64,000 bases of DNA, from positions 124,001 through 188,000 of the forward strand of contig NIVC01000566.1 of NCBI GenBank assembly GCA_002269645.1. Direction: 5' to 3'. A program made the translations under genes and the position numbers. The stretch's first letter is position 1. Each line of letters begins with the position of its first letter. This stretch comes from Macrostomum lignano. Taxonomy: Eukaryota. Shown in pieces: positions 46,458 through 58,545 of this stretch. A model generated the notes under the pieces. The model was not told where the DNA came from and made no database searches. It saw only the letters and a program-made list of their open reading frames with translations.

Positions 46458-48119
46458 ATGCTGAGCGAGCCCAGATTTTCTCGACCAACTGGTGGCCAGG
46501 CCCGGTCGTACTTCTGTCCCTGGCACGCGCACTGGATTAGCAGCTTCAGCTTGGCCGACGGCCAACCGCTGGACAGCCAACGGAATTTTTCAACGATCAG
46601 GCAGCACCGGAAACGACCTAAATCGAAGCAGAAACAGAAGCAGCAGCAGCAAGTCAGTGTGAAGCCATTGCCTCAACTGTTGTCGCCGGCACCCGTGTCT
46701 CTGTCAAAGCCGATAGCTCCTAAGCTACCACCTGGTCGGTCATTGCGACCTGTGTGGCTGGTAAGCTGTAGGGATAGCTGTAAATCTTTGAAAGGACCAT
46801 GAAGTTCTTGGCTTTTTATGCGCGCACATGTACGTATAGGCTGGGCACTCGTACGTTTGCGGTCAAAGCGACGCATGTTTGTCACGTATGAACAGGAGGC
46901 AAACTTGCGCTTTGCATTGCATTGCATTAGTTTGTTTCCATGCACAGCTGCTGGGCTGTCCTAATTAGTATTCAAACCGAAGCTGCCTGCAACGAGCTGC
47001 TCGAGTTAATAAGCTTCTTTTGATGAGGGGGTCGGAGACTATTAGTTAGAGCATCGGGCTCACGACTGGAAGTTTGGGGGTTCGATTCCCGATCCCAGTG
47101 GAACAATTTGTGACAACTTTGGAACAAATTTGTACTGTTTCAGTTCACCCAGCTGTAAAATGGGTACCAGCATTAGCTGGAGTAACTGAAGGTGTGTGTG
47201 GCGACCCCTCAGTCCTTGGACTGAACAGCCGTACGCAGCCTTCAGATGCGCCTGAGCAATAGCTGCGGCTGAGCTGTTGGTTGTACGAGCTACATCTGCC
47301 TATTAGGGCAGGTGTAATAAATTATAAATTACGAGCTATTATTATTTGATGAAACTACGAACTTTTCTAACAGCAGAGTGACGACCGAGCTGCCGATCTC
47401 AGCGTCTACCGCCGCGACTATCGGCCGGAGAAGTACGGCCGGCCGTTTGTTTATCCGCCAATGCGCGACACGTCGCGGCTGCTCATGGACGCCAGCTGGA
47501 GTTCGTCGATCGACCAGACCGACGGCGGCAGTGTCAGCCAGACTTCTTATGCGGCCTACGACAGAGGACTGGTGCAAAACCAGGTGTGACAGCTGTGAAA
47601 GCACATTAAAACTATAACCTGTTAACCTGTTAACCTGTTATGTAGTCAGGGGCTGAGGGCGTCACAGCCTTTCATTCATACATGTATGTTCCTTCATCCG
47701 TAATGGGCTTTAGAAGTACAGCCACGTACAGGTAATAGGATAGGCGGCAGTGACGGCTTGATAGCTCACAATTGTGAAGATCTATCAACCATCTGGTGCT
47801 TGTGTTAATTCTCTCGATTTAAAATTTCACCACACCCGAACTCATCCACCTGAAGAAGCTGGCTAACGACGCAGTGGCCAGACTCACATCGCGGAGCATG
47901 CAAAACGGCAGCGGCAATGGCGGCGGTGGCAGCTGGCTGCAGCATCATGACCTGCCCGTGCTGCGTATGCAGCATCAGGCAGTCGGACATCTCAGAGTCG
48001 GACATCCCAGCAGGCTGCCTCCGCTTCTCAACAGCTCGACTGTGCCGCGAACTGTTAACGAAACCGGCGGTTGCAACAAGCCACCGGCAGTGGGCGTCCG
48101 GTTTCAGCTGCTTGACTGA
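46458..48119 (+). CDS. Uncharacterised three-exon protein (~258 aa); exons 46458-46760, 47374-47583 and 47856-48119
   Basis: Three GC-rich open segments joined by canonical phase-0 splice sites (CTG|GTAAG, AACAG|CAG, CAG|GTGTG, TGAAG|AAG). No family recognised with confidence. Confidence 0.55.
47027..47344 (+). mobile_element. tRNA-derived CORE-type SINE, family 2, copy 1 (in intron 1 of the orphan gene)
   Basis: GTTAGAGC...GGTTCGATTCCC Pol III boxes, TTCAGTTCACCCAGCTGTAAAATGGG core, ATT-repeat tail, and 8-bp TSD TTTGATGA (47019-47026, 47345-47352). Homologous to 63692-63985. Confidence 0.8.
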
Positions 48120-49044
48120 GCGGTTTCAACTTGAGGAGCCGCACAATGGATTGAAGCCATCGAGAAGCTGTTACACCCAGTAACAGCTAAACCCCTTCTA
48201 ACTCGAGCTGTCACGTGGCGCAGAAGTGAAGCAGCATGATTTATGAGTCACGTGTGAAGGAACTGCAAAAGTACCGCCACTCGTCGTGGCATCATGATCA
48301 CCAACCGCTTGATGAACTTTTGGGGCAGCTGACCACGTGAAAGCGTGAATCTGGGGTCTTTGCTGCTAAGTGTTAATGCAATATTAAGGCAATATTTTGA
48401 ATAAAGGGACAGACCTTGCCCGAAATTGAAAATTACTCATAGTAGTTCGAGCAAGAATTTCTTTCTATCTCTTAATGGCGTAATAAAAATTTAAATACAA
48501 ACTCATTTTTGTGAAGTTTTTGTTCACGCTGCTTGAATTTTGCTCTTCAAATTATTTTGATGGGCTTTTTAGCATCTACCCTAAACAAGAGGACTTGACG
48601 TTCAGTTCAGGCACTTCTGATCACAAAAAAGCGGCTCTCCTGCCGCATGAAATCACCATTACTGTGGAGCTGTTATGGGTTACATTATAGCGTATACGTT
48701 TAGTGGGACCCCAAGAACAAGTTGAATTCCGGCGAGAAATTTGCTACTGGGGTAAGAAAGTAGCAAAACGAAAGTTGCATTATCGTGCCCTCAGTTGGAG
48801 CAAATAGTTTTCATGGCATGGGCATCATCGAAGAGTAACTTTGCTACTTTTTACCTGTTAACACGCGTGTTTGATGATTAGATATAGCCAGTTGATGTTT
48901 TAGTAAGCATTGGCCAATGTCTGTCCTCAAAAAGCTATATAGATACCTCATTTATCACTGATAAAAAGTATTCTGACCAGTTCATAGCTTATCACCTTCA
49001 GCAACAGAGTATTGATATCGGCGATACGCAACCACACAGACAGC

Positions 49045-51860
49045 ATGCTGACCTTCATCAACATCCTCCTAAAGCAGCTGAAGTCATTCGACATTATTGA
49101 CGCCACAGGGGTGCTGGACTTTGCCGACAAAGTCAGCTACCTGCTCACTCCTGTAGTGCTGCTCACCTGCTCACTGTGCATCGGCCTGCGTGAACTGTTC
49201 TCAAAGCCTCTGGCCTGCATGACGCCGCACAAGACTTTTCACATAGATTACCAGGACGAGAGCATGCTCGAGGGATTCTGCTGGGTGCGGGGACTGCGGC
49301 TGCTCCATCCGGAGAAGCCAGTTCCGGACGACGAGCAGGAGTGGCGCGATTTTCCCCAGATAAGTGCGTGCCTAGCGGGGCTCAGGGTGCTTTGCGAATT
49401 GGACTGCCGAAAATATAGGATAGGGTGGGTTGGCTGGCAGTCAACTATGGTAGACCAGTAGGTATCTCCAGTTTTACCATTGGCTACTACAATTACCCAA
49501 ACCGCACTCAGACTACTACATGTGGGTGCCTCTACTGCTGGCCGCGCTGGCAATCCTGGCCCACCTGCCCAAGCTGCTGTGGGACCTCGCCAGCTTCGGC
49601 GGACTCGGCGTCGACCCGGCCGAGCTGCTCCGTATGGCGCGCGGCTCCGCCCATCGAGACAGAGCTCGGCGGCGCGACGAGGTGACCACGGTAGCCGACG
49701 TGATGCGGCGAACGCTCAACGGCGGCTGCTCCTACTGCTTCTGCTGCGGTAGATGTCGCTGCATGCAGTGCGAGCAGAAGCGCGCGGACTGGCGCTGGTC
49801 AATCACTTTGCTACCTTCCTACCTGCTGGTGAAACTGATCGGAATGGCCAATGTTGTACTCCAGGTGAGCTCGAAAGGTCTATAGATTTGAGTACTGTTG
49901 TGATAGGCCGGATCGTAACTCTAGTTCCGACGAGCACGGAGGTGGTGTCGGTCAGCTGACCGGCCTGACTTCTGACTCCGAGCGTGGGATCACGTCAAGA
50001 GACTTGGTCAGCCCGCCCCTATGGCGCAATTCAAACCCAGCCAGACCCGCAAATAAATAAGAGACGCGACTCACTCTGAACTTCAATACAGCAGTGACAG
50101 TGGCGGCGTTAGGGGAGGTCTCTCCGCTCTGGTAGAGAGCGTCGTGAAGTCCAGACTGATTTTTAATGAGACGATAGTACGCTGAGCCTAGGTCGGCACG
50201 GAGGTGGCCTCCCATACTGTCGCACACGCCAAAATATATATCTGTTCTAGCCGGCTAAGCTCTGGGTAAGCAGGCAGATTCACCCCGGCACAACAGTACA
50301 GATCTGATTTCAAGATGGTACTTGAAGGAAATACTAACAAGGCTGGTGACTGAAGTCATTCAAAACCTACTATTTCATTGTATTAGTTAACTTCACTGTT
50401 TCACTTCGCACTTTCAGCTCATAATTCTACGTCAATTTTTTGGGCTCGACCTGACCGCGTGGTCGCATTGGGAAGAAACAGCTTTTCCAAGGTGAGACTT
50501 GAGACTACTTTATCTACCGCGCAGTCTGTAATTGGTGGCATGACATGAGCATTACACACCAAATAAGAGATTATCTGTGCTGCTTGGTTTTAAACATGGA
50601 ATTCCGTTCGAATTAAAATCAGATTATCTTTAATTCCCTGCTTCAAGTGTCGGCATCTGCAAGCTGCAGTACCAGGCGCTCACTCACTTGCAGTCGATTG
50701 TCGCATTCTGCACCATATCAACCAACGTGCTAACGGAAAAGGTGGCCCTGCTGCTTAGCATCTACCTGCCCATTGTGCTGGCGATCTGCACTCTCAGCCT
50801 GTTGTTGTGGATCTACCGCTTGACGGTTTGTCGTTACCGATTTTTGGCCAAGTTCGCTTCAATTGACAAGTGTTGCGTCGCTGGCAATATCAATAGCGAT
50901 TATAAAAAGCATGTAAGCTGTCTGGAAATATCTGCTTGAGGTGATTGTGTGGTGTTAAACCAGGGGTCGGCAAACTGCGGCTAGCGGGCCACCTGCAGCC
51001 CGTGTAGCCTCTCTATCCGGCCCTCGGGTCCTTTGAAACTTCACGATAGCAATCCGGCCCGCTCAAGGTTTCTGTCTCTTCTCTTCCCTCTCCTCTTCGC
51101 CTTTCTCCCCTCTTCTCTCTCATCACCCCTCTTCTCTTCTCTTACCTGTCTCTCCTCTTCTCTCCTCTTACCTCTTCTCTCAACCCATCTCTCGCCCCTC
51201 CTCTTCTCTCATCTCCCATTTTCCATTCCTTCTCCTTTCCTCTCTCAGCTGTCCCACAGCCATGATTTTGATGTAAAAGAGCCAGCCGACCCTGTCTTAG
51301 ACAAATCAAGCCGGTTTTCTTTATCAATACAATAAAAAGGTAAAACCATTAGGTCAGTAAGTCATTCATTTGTCTAACAGTCCCCGACACAGCAAAATCA
51401 TTCATTTACAGTCCTCAGACACAGCGCAATCATCAAAGTGCAGTCCTCAGATGCAGCACAAGCACTACCAACACAGGAACACTGTCTTCAGACTCCAGAA
51501 ACAGTTTGAGAGCAATTTGAGAATTTGACAACTGAAGCACCGGGAAAGCCCGCAGGCACTTCTCCTACACTTGTAGAAGAAATGTAATGCAAGTTGCTTT
51601 GCCGAATTTTCCAGAAGCACCGCACTCTGCGCAGCCTTGACAGCAACTTTCTTGGTACAAACGGACTGTTCTTGCTGCACATGATACTGATCAATGCTGG
51701 CGAACTGTTCACCTCTGAGCTGATTGGCGATCTCTACCGTGGTTTTGTTCAACGACAGGGCCCTAAGGTTCATGACCGGAATGTACCTTCTGATACTTGT
51801 CCTGAAACTTCTGCTATTTCTTTAGCTGTAACTGAAACGAGTCGTTCAGCCATGGTGTGA
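49045..51860 (+). CDS. Innexin (divergent, 425 aa); exons 49045-49363, 49512-49864, 50418-50491, 50648-50912 and 51594-51860
   Basis: DFADKVSYLLT, PLAC.TP, FCWV, spliced I|NYYMWVPLLL (YYQWVP-like), YLLVKL, spliced FP|SVGIC, FC..STNVLTEKV, and FLGTNGLFLLHMILINAGEL. Exon lengths sum to 1278 nt, in frame, with GT-AG introns. Confidence 0.9.
50961..51294. mobile_element. hAT (Charlie/Buster-like) MITE, family C, with an internal CT-rich tract, in innexin intron 4
   Basis: Left TIR CAGGGGTCGGCAAACT, degenerate right end GCCGACCCTG. Flanks TGTTAAAC / TCTTAGAC (6/8 match, central TA). Confidence 0.75.
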
Positions 51861-52614
51861 TTCTTTCTGACAAAGCTTGCTTGCTGTTGTTGAGCACCGT
51901 CAATGTGTGTCATCAATTTTTGTATCATAGTCGCATTTGATTCAAGAATACCTCGTTTGAGTTATAGGACACGTCAAGATTTAATCATTGAAACAACAAT
52001 TTGCTTGTTCCAAACTTCCTTAACACTGGACTTAAAGTCGTTCTAACAGATATCATGTGACTGATTTCTTTTTATCAATAAACTATTGGTCTAAATATAT
52101 TCAGTACACACGCAGTGTCTCACTGCGTGTGAGACATTCAGTAGATGATTGTGAGCAAAGCTAGCGTTCCCAATCCCTCTAATCCACTGGCATGTCACGT
52201 GCAGACAAATTGCCCGTCCAGATTTGCCCGCTGAGATTTTCCCGCCATGGTTTTCTTCTTCAATGAATTTAGCCTCCAATACGAGCGTACTTAGTAAATT
52301 TTAATAAATCGATTAACCTAATCAAAACGTTCCGGTACGCTAGTAAATAACGGCTTATCAAAGCATTTTTCTTGTGGGAGAGGTTTTCATTTCTATGTAT
52401 ATATACTCGTAGAAGCCGAGTGGTTCATGTACATCGGTGAGTTATAAATACGAGCTACATACAAATGTAACGTCGCTATGTCCCCCTAAGTCTCCTTACT
52501 AAGACTTTATAAGCATTAGGGGCATCTCTCAAGTGGCAATTCGTCTGCGGTCGATTCTCGTGCTCCCTTTATTTAATCGATGCGATCAATCGGATGCCAC
52601 GAACGCGATCCGGT

Positions 52615-53780
52615 TCAAGGCATCAGCAGCATTAGACGAATACTCTTCAGCGCATTGTTGCCGTCCGTGTGTGGCCAGCACATGCGCCCGCGGCTGGTTA
52701 CTGCCGACGTGTAGTAGACGCCACTGGGGTTGCTCATAGAACAGCTATTGAACCACCAGCCGCCGTTGCCGCCGCTACTTTGTGAGCAGGATGAGCCAGA
52801 CAGGTCGTTATCTCGATCCATGGTGGAGAACTTCATACCCTTATGATAGGTCAGCGAGTCGCCACTGGTGTTGGAGCTGGCTGCAAGATACGAGCTCAGA
52901 GTCATGGTGTAGCTGGTGCTGGCGTTTGCCACCGAGAAGCCAGAGAATTCAGAGGCGTAAAAAACGTTCGACCAAGAGACAGCTTCCATCCTGAGTAGTC
53001 TTGGCGTGCTGCCGCACAGTTCATTGATAGTCCGAAGACCTGAAGGAGTGTGCCAGTTTTACACATGCATACTTCTTGGGTTATATGGTGGTTCGATAGC
53101 GTCAGCACAATGCGTCCAGCTTACCGATCCAAAAGTCCGTTCCGTCACCAAATCCGGTCTCGTATTCCGACCAGCTTCGGGCGAAGCTGAGACTGCCGTT
53201 CGAGCGATTCATAATTACGCGATACGGTCCGAGGAGTTGTACCGGTGGAGAGCTTGCGTCAGCTGAAATTGAAAAATATAATGCTCATTTGACTCCAGCT
53301 CGCATGGAAAACTCCAAGCCGAAGTTGTGCTTACCATCGCTTCCAGCTTCCGGCTGCCTGCGGTACACACTGCTGACCGGACCAGTTGACTTGAAGTGGG
53401 AATTTCGTTCAGCAGAGAACCGACAGAGTTTCTCATTGGGCAGGAACGAAGCCGCTGAGCAAGCGGAGGCTCCAGCATTATAGCACTGAATGACGCAGTG
53501 CACGGGGCTATGACCTGGGGCCTCAGTCAGCGCAGAAGAGACTGTACCGGCGGAAGTCAACCATTTCGAAGTGAACACTGTAGGAATTGTGTGCGTGATA
53601 TAACGCTGTATACCTAAATACCTCTGAATTAAATAGTTGCACGTAGAATTTTTACATTTGCAGATTATAAAAGTATGTAAAAAACTTTATAGCAGTATAC
53701 ATACGCGAACTTTCCGACAGGGCAGTAGTGCACACAGAAGCCAAGAGAACGTATGCTTGCAGGCCTATGATAGCCGACAT
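52615..53780 (-). CDS. Secreted PAN/apple + fibrinogen C-terminal (FReD) domain protein, 293 aa; exons 53780-53705, 53577-53335, 53262-53125 and 53039-52615
   Basis: Signal-like MSAIIGLQAYVLLASVCTTALS. PAN-like Cys pattern CVIQC...CSAASF...LCRFS. FReD motifs VIMNRSNGSLSFARSWSEYETGFG...FWIG, GDSLTYHKGMKFSTMDRDND and GGWWFNSC. All three introns are GT-AG, phase 1; total 882 nt. Confidence 0.9.
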
Positions 53781-54809
53781 TTTTACATTCAAAATTTCCG
53801 TGTTAAACCGAGAAACAAGAGACAGAAGCACAATTAAGCACCTTCAAAGCTTTTATAAGCAATCTCATTTTGTTTGCATTGTGTCCAATGCTCCCGACTT
53901 GTTGCCAACAACTGCCACGCGCTTGTTTAATTGAGTCCTCGTGGCAAGCCACGCCACGCACACTGAGACAACAAAAACCCTTGTTGATGCATCTGCCATG
54001 GTAACCAGTTCGCTTAATCCAGCATTTTGCTAATCAAATAATTGTTCCGCGCACGAACTCGGTGCGCAAACAAAGCGGCCGTGAGAATGTTAATAAAATA
54101 AGCAATGCCGATCGATCGATGCAGTAAAGAGATGCAGAATCAATACGCCATCTGCAGTTTTTCATTCCTTTCCAATGCTGTGAAGCGGTACATGTATATA
54201 CATGCATGCAGTAGTATAGAAGCGTGCCATTGTTTGCCAAGCCCACTGACTATAGGCCGTGCAGCTTTGTTTGCACTTGAAAAAAAACATTTATTCCATG
54301 GCGAAATCATCGGCTTTTGGCTTTCAAATGAAATCAAACTTCCTGTATTCTCCTCCGAGCAGGACCCATCGAATGTACAGTAGGGGGTTGGGAGAAGTAA
54401 CGAAGACAGAAACAGCAGAACTTGGAGGACAGCAGACAGGAACGAGCAGCAGAGCAACTCATTGAATGACGAATTGGATCGTATGGCATTAAGGTAAAAC
54501 CTCCGATGCACACAAACTCTTTGAGTTTTAAAAGCTAAGCAGCCACACGACAACCTCCAACCTGTTATTTTATTATGCTTATGTTATTACAATATCTTCA
54601 ATCTTAGCAAAGGCGATCTAAGCTAAGCTTAGTAAAGTTAAATACTGACTACTTCGAATGCTCGACTGAAGCAAATGAGAAAGAAATGATCTCAAATAAT
54701 TTTTCTAAGAGTCGTAAAATAATTGTTTTAGGCGAAGGTTGTAGATTTTGTTACGGATTTTGTAATTTTTTATGAGCAATATGCTAATTTTGATTGGTCA
54801 GAACGAGGC

Positions 54810-57300
54810 TGCAACAGAGCTGTCGCTGCGTCTCTCTGTCCCCTCGGCTGCTTCGGGTCGACGTCCGGCTTCGCGGCCGGAACGCTGGCCTGTTCTGCAC
54901 GTACGCGCCCCCTGCCACACCACCCCCTGCCACCGTCCTGATGAGGCTCAAGATTTCTTCGAGCAGCTCTCGGTTCGGGTAGAGGCAACGGTGCAGGGCG
55001 ACACAGGGATTATCCTTGTAGACTGAACGCGGTTCTGCGTAGGTCCGGGGTCCGAGCGGCCACTGTTCGTGACAACGCGTGAGAGCGGCACCACCGGAGC
55101 GCTAGGACTTCCTAGAGAGGCAGGACATGGTGTCGACATCCGCTTCTGCAAGCCACGGGGCGGGCTCGTAACCTTTGTGGGCTGCAAGCGGAGGCGGCGG
55201 AACGCGCGTGGCCGGGACGCAACACGGAGGCAGGCACAGCTCGATCAGGTGCTGTTGCGCTTCAACGAGCGCCATCAACGTCATCAATTGCCGCGCCATC
55301 ACGCCACTGGCTCTGCGGTCCGATCATCGACTCCTCGTCTGCGACCTTCGTCTTTGCAATCCGCTCTACCGTCCTCCAAAGCGGCCACCGCGGTGCTTAC
55401 TACCGCGCGCTCAAGGACGCCGACACGCACAAGCGCTTTCATCGCTGTGCTCAGCGGCAAGCCAGTTTCGAACCGCCGCGGAACGAGCAGTCCCGCTGAT
55501 GCGACCGCGGCTAAGAGCAAGCGGGAGCAAGCGAGGGAAGAGCTGGAGAGGCTTAGTTTGAACAGACGACCAACACGCGAGGCAGAGGAGGCCTTGGCGG
55601 CTCTGTCTATCTGCAGCGCCACCAGGCTGCTGTTGATGACGCCATTCAAGCCGTCTCTACCGCTGGGCCCGATGCCAGAGTTTGCTTGGCCTGGTCGGCT
55701 ATCAACGCTCTGACGGTGCGGGGGGCGAAAGCGGCGCATTCGGCTAAACCTGACAGGTGGCTCTGCGGACGAGCGCTGGAACGAGCTGTGTGAGTTCTTT
55801 GCCGCCGTTGTCATCGCGCCGCCACCCCTGCTGCCAGACAGTCTGACGCTGCCGCCGGTAATGCCGTTTCCGGCAGAGGAGAGCTTCAGCCTAGCACCAG
55901 TCAGTACAGCCGACGTTGTGATTCTCGCCCAACAGTCACCAGGCGAGAAAGCGCTGGGGGTCCGGACTAGGTGCCCATCGAGGCACTGCGCATCCAGTGG
56001 CTAGTGAGGTCACCAGAGTGATGAATCGCGTGCTCTTCGGTGAGGAGGCACCCAACGAATGGACCACTGCGCCCATCGTACCTTCACCACTGACACAGAT
56101 CCTATACCTCCTAGAGTCATTGAGGAGGCGCGGACCTGTCACCTGCCAATCGATCCTGCGAATTGTTATCTTCATAGACTTCAATAAGGCATTCGACCCG
56201 GTCGTCAGGTCTGTGCTCCCAAAGGTGCTCCGTGCGTACAACGTGCCAGAGCAGCTTTGCTCCGCCATCATGGCGATGTACTGCGATACGAAAACTGCTG
56301 TTTCAACACCGGACGGTCTATTAGACTTCTTTGAGACATCCTCCGGGGTGCTTCTGGGAGATACACTAGCGCCGTTCAGGTTTTGTCTGGTGATTGACTG
56401 GGTGCTGCGAACCACTCTTCCTACCAATGACGACGGCTTTCTGTTGCAACGACGAGCGAGTCAACGCCATCTTTAGAGGTGACTCAGTGTGCTTGGCTAC
56501 GCCGACGGTCTCGCCCTCCTGTCCTCGACCTTCGAGGGCGCCCAGCGCCAGCTGGACCGGCTAGTGAGCATTGCAGCGAGTGTCGGCCCTGGTTGTCAAC
56601 ATGCAGAAGCCGTCGTGCTCTGCGTGCCGGACGACATTGAGGCTGCTATTTTCTGCCGAGGCGCTGACAGGCAAGTGACGAGGCTTCTGCGCTATCAGCA
56701 GTTTGTCTACCTCTGGTGCCTGACGTTCGCGAGGACCTGCGACGTCGCCGTGGATTTCCTGGGCTGCCTTCCGTTCTGTGAGGGCTGTCCTGCAGTCCGC
56801 GAGGCCCTGCCTGACCGCCAGAGAGCGGCGTTGTTCCAGGCGGTGATCGAGCCCGTCTTGTTGTACAACGGCGAGACGGGGATGCTGACGGAATCACTTG
56901 AACAGCAGGTCGATGCGGCACACGCTGGCCTGCTGCGCGCCGCCTTCAAGATCGGCTACATGCATGTCACCCAATCCGGCACTCTATCGCCGCGCCGGCC
57001 TGTCCCGTCCCAGCGAACTGTTGCGCCATCGGCGACTCCCTAGCTGGCAGGTCATGCATGATCATCCGAGACGAGTCCTACTGCCCACAACCGATGCAGG
57101 AGTTGCTGATGCTGACGCTGCAGGCACCCTACCGGCAAGGACAGGCGCGCACTTGGAATTTCGTCGACTGTCTGTTGGCTGATGCCGGCGTCCCGGACAC
57201 TGCCGGCGGTGCTGCCTACGTTCGCCCCCAGGCTCTTAGCGCGCCCTATGACATTGTCTCACGCCTGACTGGCTGGCAATGCATTTTGGTGTGTATTGTC
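54810..57300 (+). mobile_element. Decayed RTE-type non-LTR retrotransposon (APE endonuclease + RT), multiple frameshifts and stops
   Basis: APE remnants CTYAPP and the (R)SDHRLLVCDLRL region. RT motifs FIDFNKAFDPV, GVLLGDTLAP and LGYADG (YADD position), plus AALFQAVIEPVLLYNGET, spread across several frames. Boundaries approximate. Confidence 0.88.
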
Positions 57301-57674
57301 TGCTAATTTTACTGTAGGTATTCAACAACAAAAAACGCAGTCCTCCAAACTCAGTGGAGCAGCGAACGAACCAAGTCAGGCCCATTGACGGATCAAGAAA
57401 GTCAAGTAGTATCAGGAAATGCTACATTTAAACTGTATTTGTGCCTAAAATTATCGATTCTGCCAGTGCATGTACATCAAGGCGACCCATGCAGCCGAAC
57501 AGGTATACACATGTACACTGAAATACAAATATACTGGAGCGGTATTTGCTCGTCAAGTTTTTTTACCAATAAGCCGATGGTCTTCTTTACTCAACACGAA
57601 TGGCAACAATAATGGCAGTCAAATTTAGGGCTTGGAGCGCCAGCTTCCAATTGGCGAAGTTTGTCCGGTCAGCT

Positions 57675-58545
57675 GTAAACAAATTACATTTATTTATTGT
57701 TATCACAGAGCCTACGAGGTGAGCAGTTCTTGGAGTTTATTCCACCATGAGGTTCGTGCCCTGACTAAAATCCTCAGATCCAACGGTTACCCTCTCAGCA
57801 GTTTTGTCAGCCACATTATCAATGCGTTTGTCACCAAGAAAGTTTCCAGCGATGTGAGATCCAGGCAACCGGAGATGATTCGATCTTGGGACGCTCTGTT
57901 GGTTCTCCCATTTTTTGGTAACGTTTCGCTTGACTTCAGGAAAAAACTTGAAAACATTTAACAAATGGCTTAAGTGCACCGTTAGGATTGTTTTTCGCAC
58001 TGAAAATATTGGTCGCTATGCTAGCAGGCTCAAGTCAGCTGTTCCACCTGCTCTAAGGGCTGGTGCTGTTTACCAATTTCGCTGCTCTGAGGATCAGAGC
58101 GTTTCCTACATTGGAAAAACGAAGCGACACCTGCACACTAGAGCTAGGGAACATTGGCTAAAAAGCTCTGCGATTAATGACCATCTGCTTGTTTGTAAAA
58201 AATGTTGTGACAGTGAACCGATTCAGCTCTTTAAAGTGCTAGATGGGTGCAAATTTGACCATAAGCTTAAGATTGAAGCTTCTTATATCAGAATGCACAA
58301 ACCCAACTTGAATGTGCAGCTTGCTGGCAATGGGGTGGAGCGTGAGCTACTGTGAGCAGAGCCATGCCTATTTTTCTCTCTCTCTCCCTTCGTTGTGTAC
58401 TTGGCACTTTTGAAATTCTACCGGACTGTTTTGACCCGCCTTTGGACTGTACAGTTTGTTTTGCTTGAATTTATTGGTGCTGAAAATTAAGGTTGGTTGA
58501 ATTTGCCCTGACGACGTCTTGTGTTTGACGAAACGCGTTGGCTAG
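57675..58545 (+). mobile_element. 5'-truncated Penelope-like element: RT C-terminal extension and GIY-YIG endonuclease, one frameshift
   Basis: HRAYEVSSSWSLFHHEV..LTKILRSNGYP, then AVYQFRCS...SYIGKTKRHLHTRAREH...KLKIEASYIR..KPNLNVQ. Frame change near 57950. Hammerhead motif at the 3' end. Confidence 0.9.
58505..58542 (+). ncRNA. Minimal type I hammerhead ribozyme motif in the Penelope 3' region
   Basis: GCC-CTGACGA-C-GTC(ttgtgttt)GAC-GAAA-CGCG-TT-GGC: core CUGANGA and GAAA, 3-bp stems I and II, palindromic ACGCGT stem III, predicted cleavage after U58539. Confidence 0.75.

Noticed and set aside
54770-57306. Functional retrotransposon or host genes among the many overlapping ORFs
   Set aside because: APE and RT motifs are scattered over several frames with stops, and YADD is mutated to YADG, so this is a dead copy.
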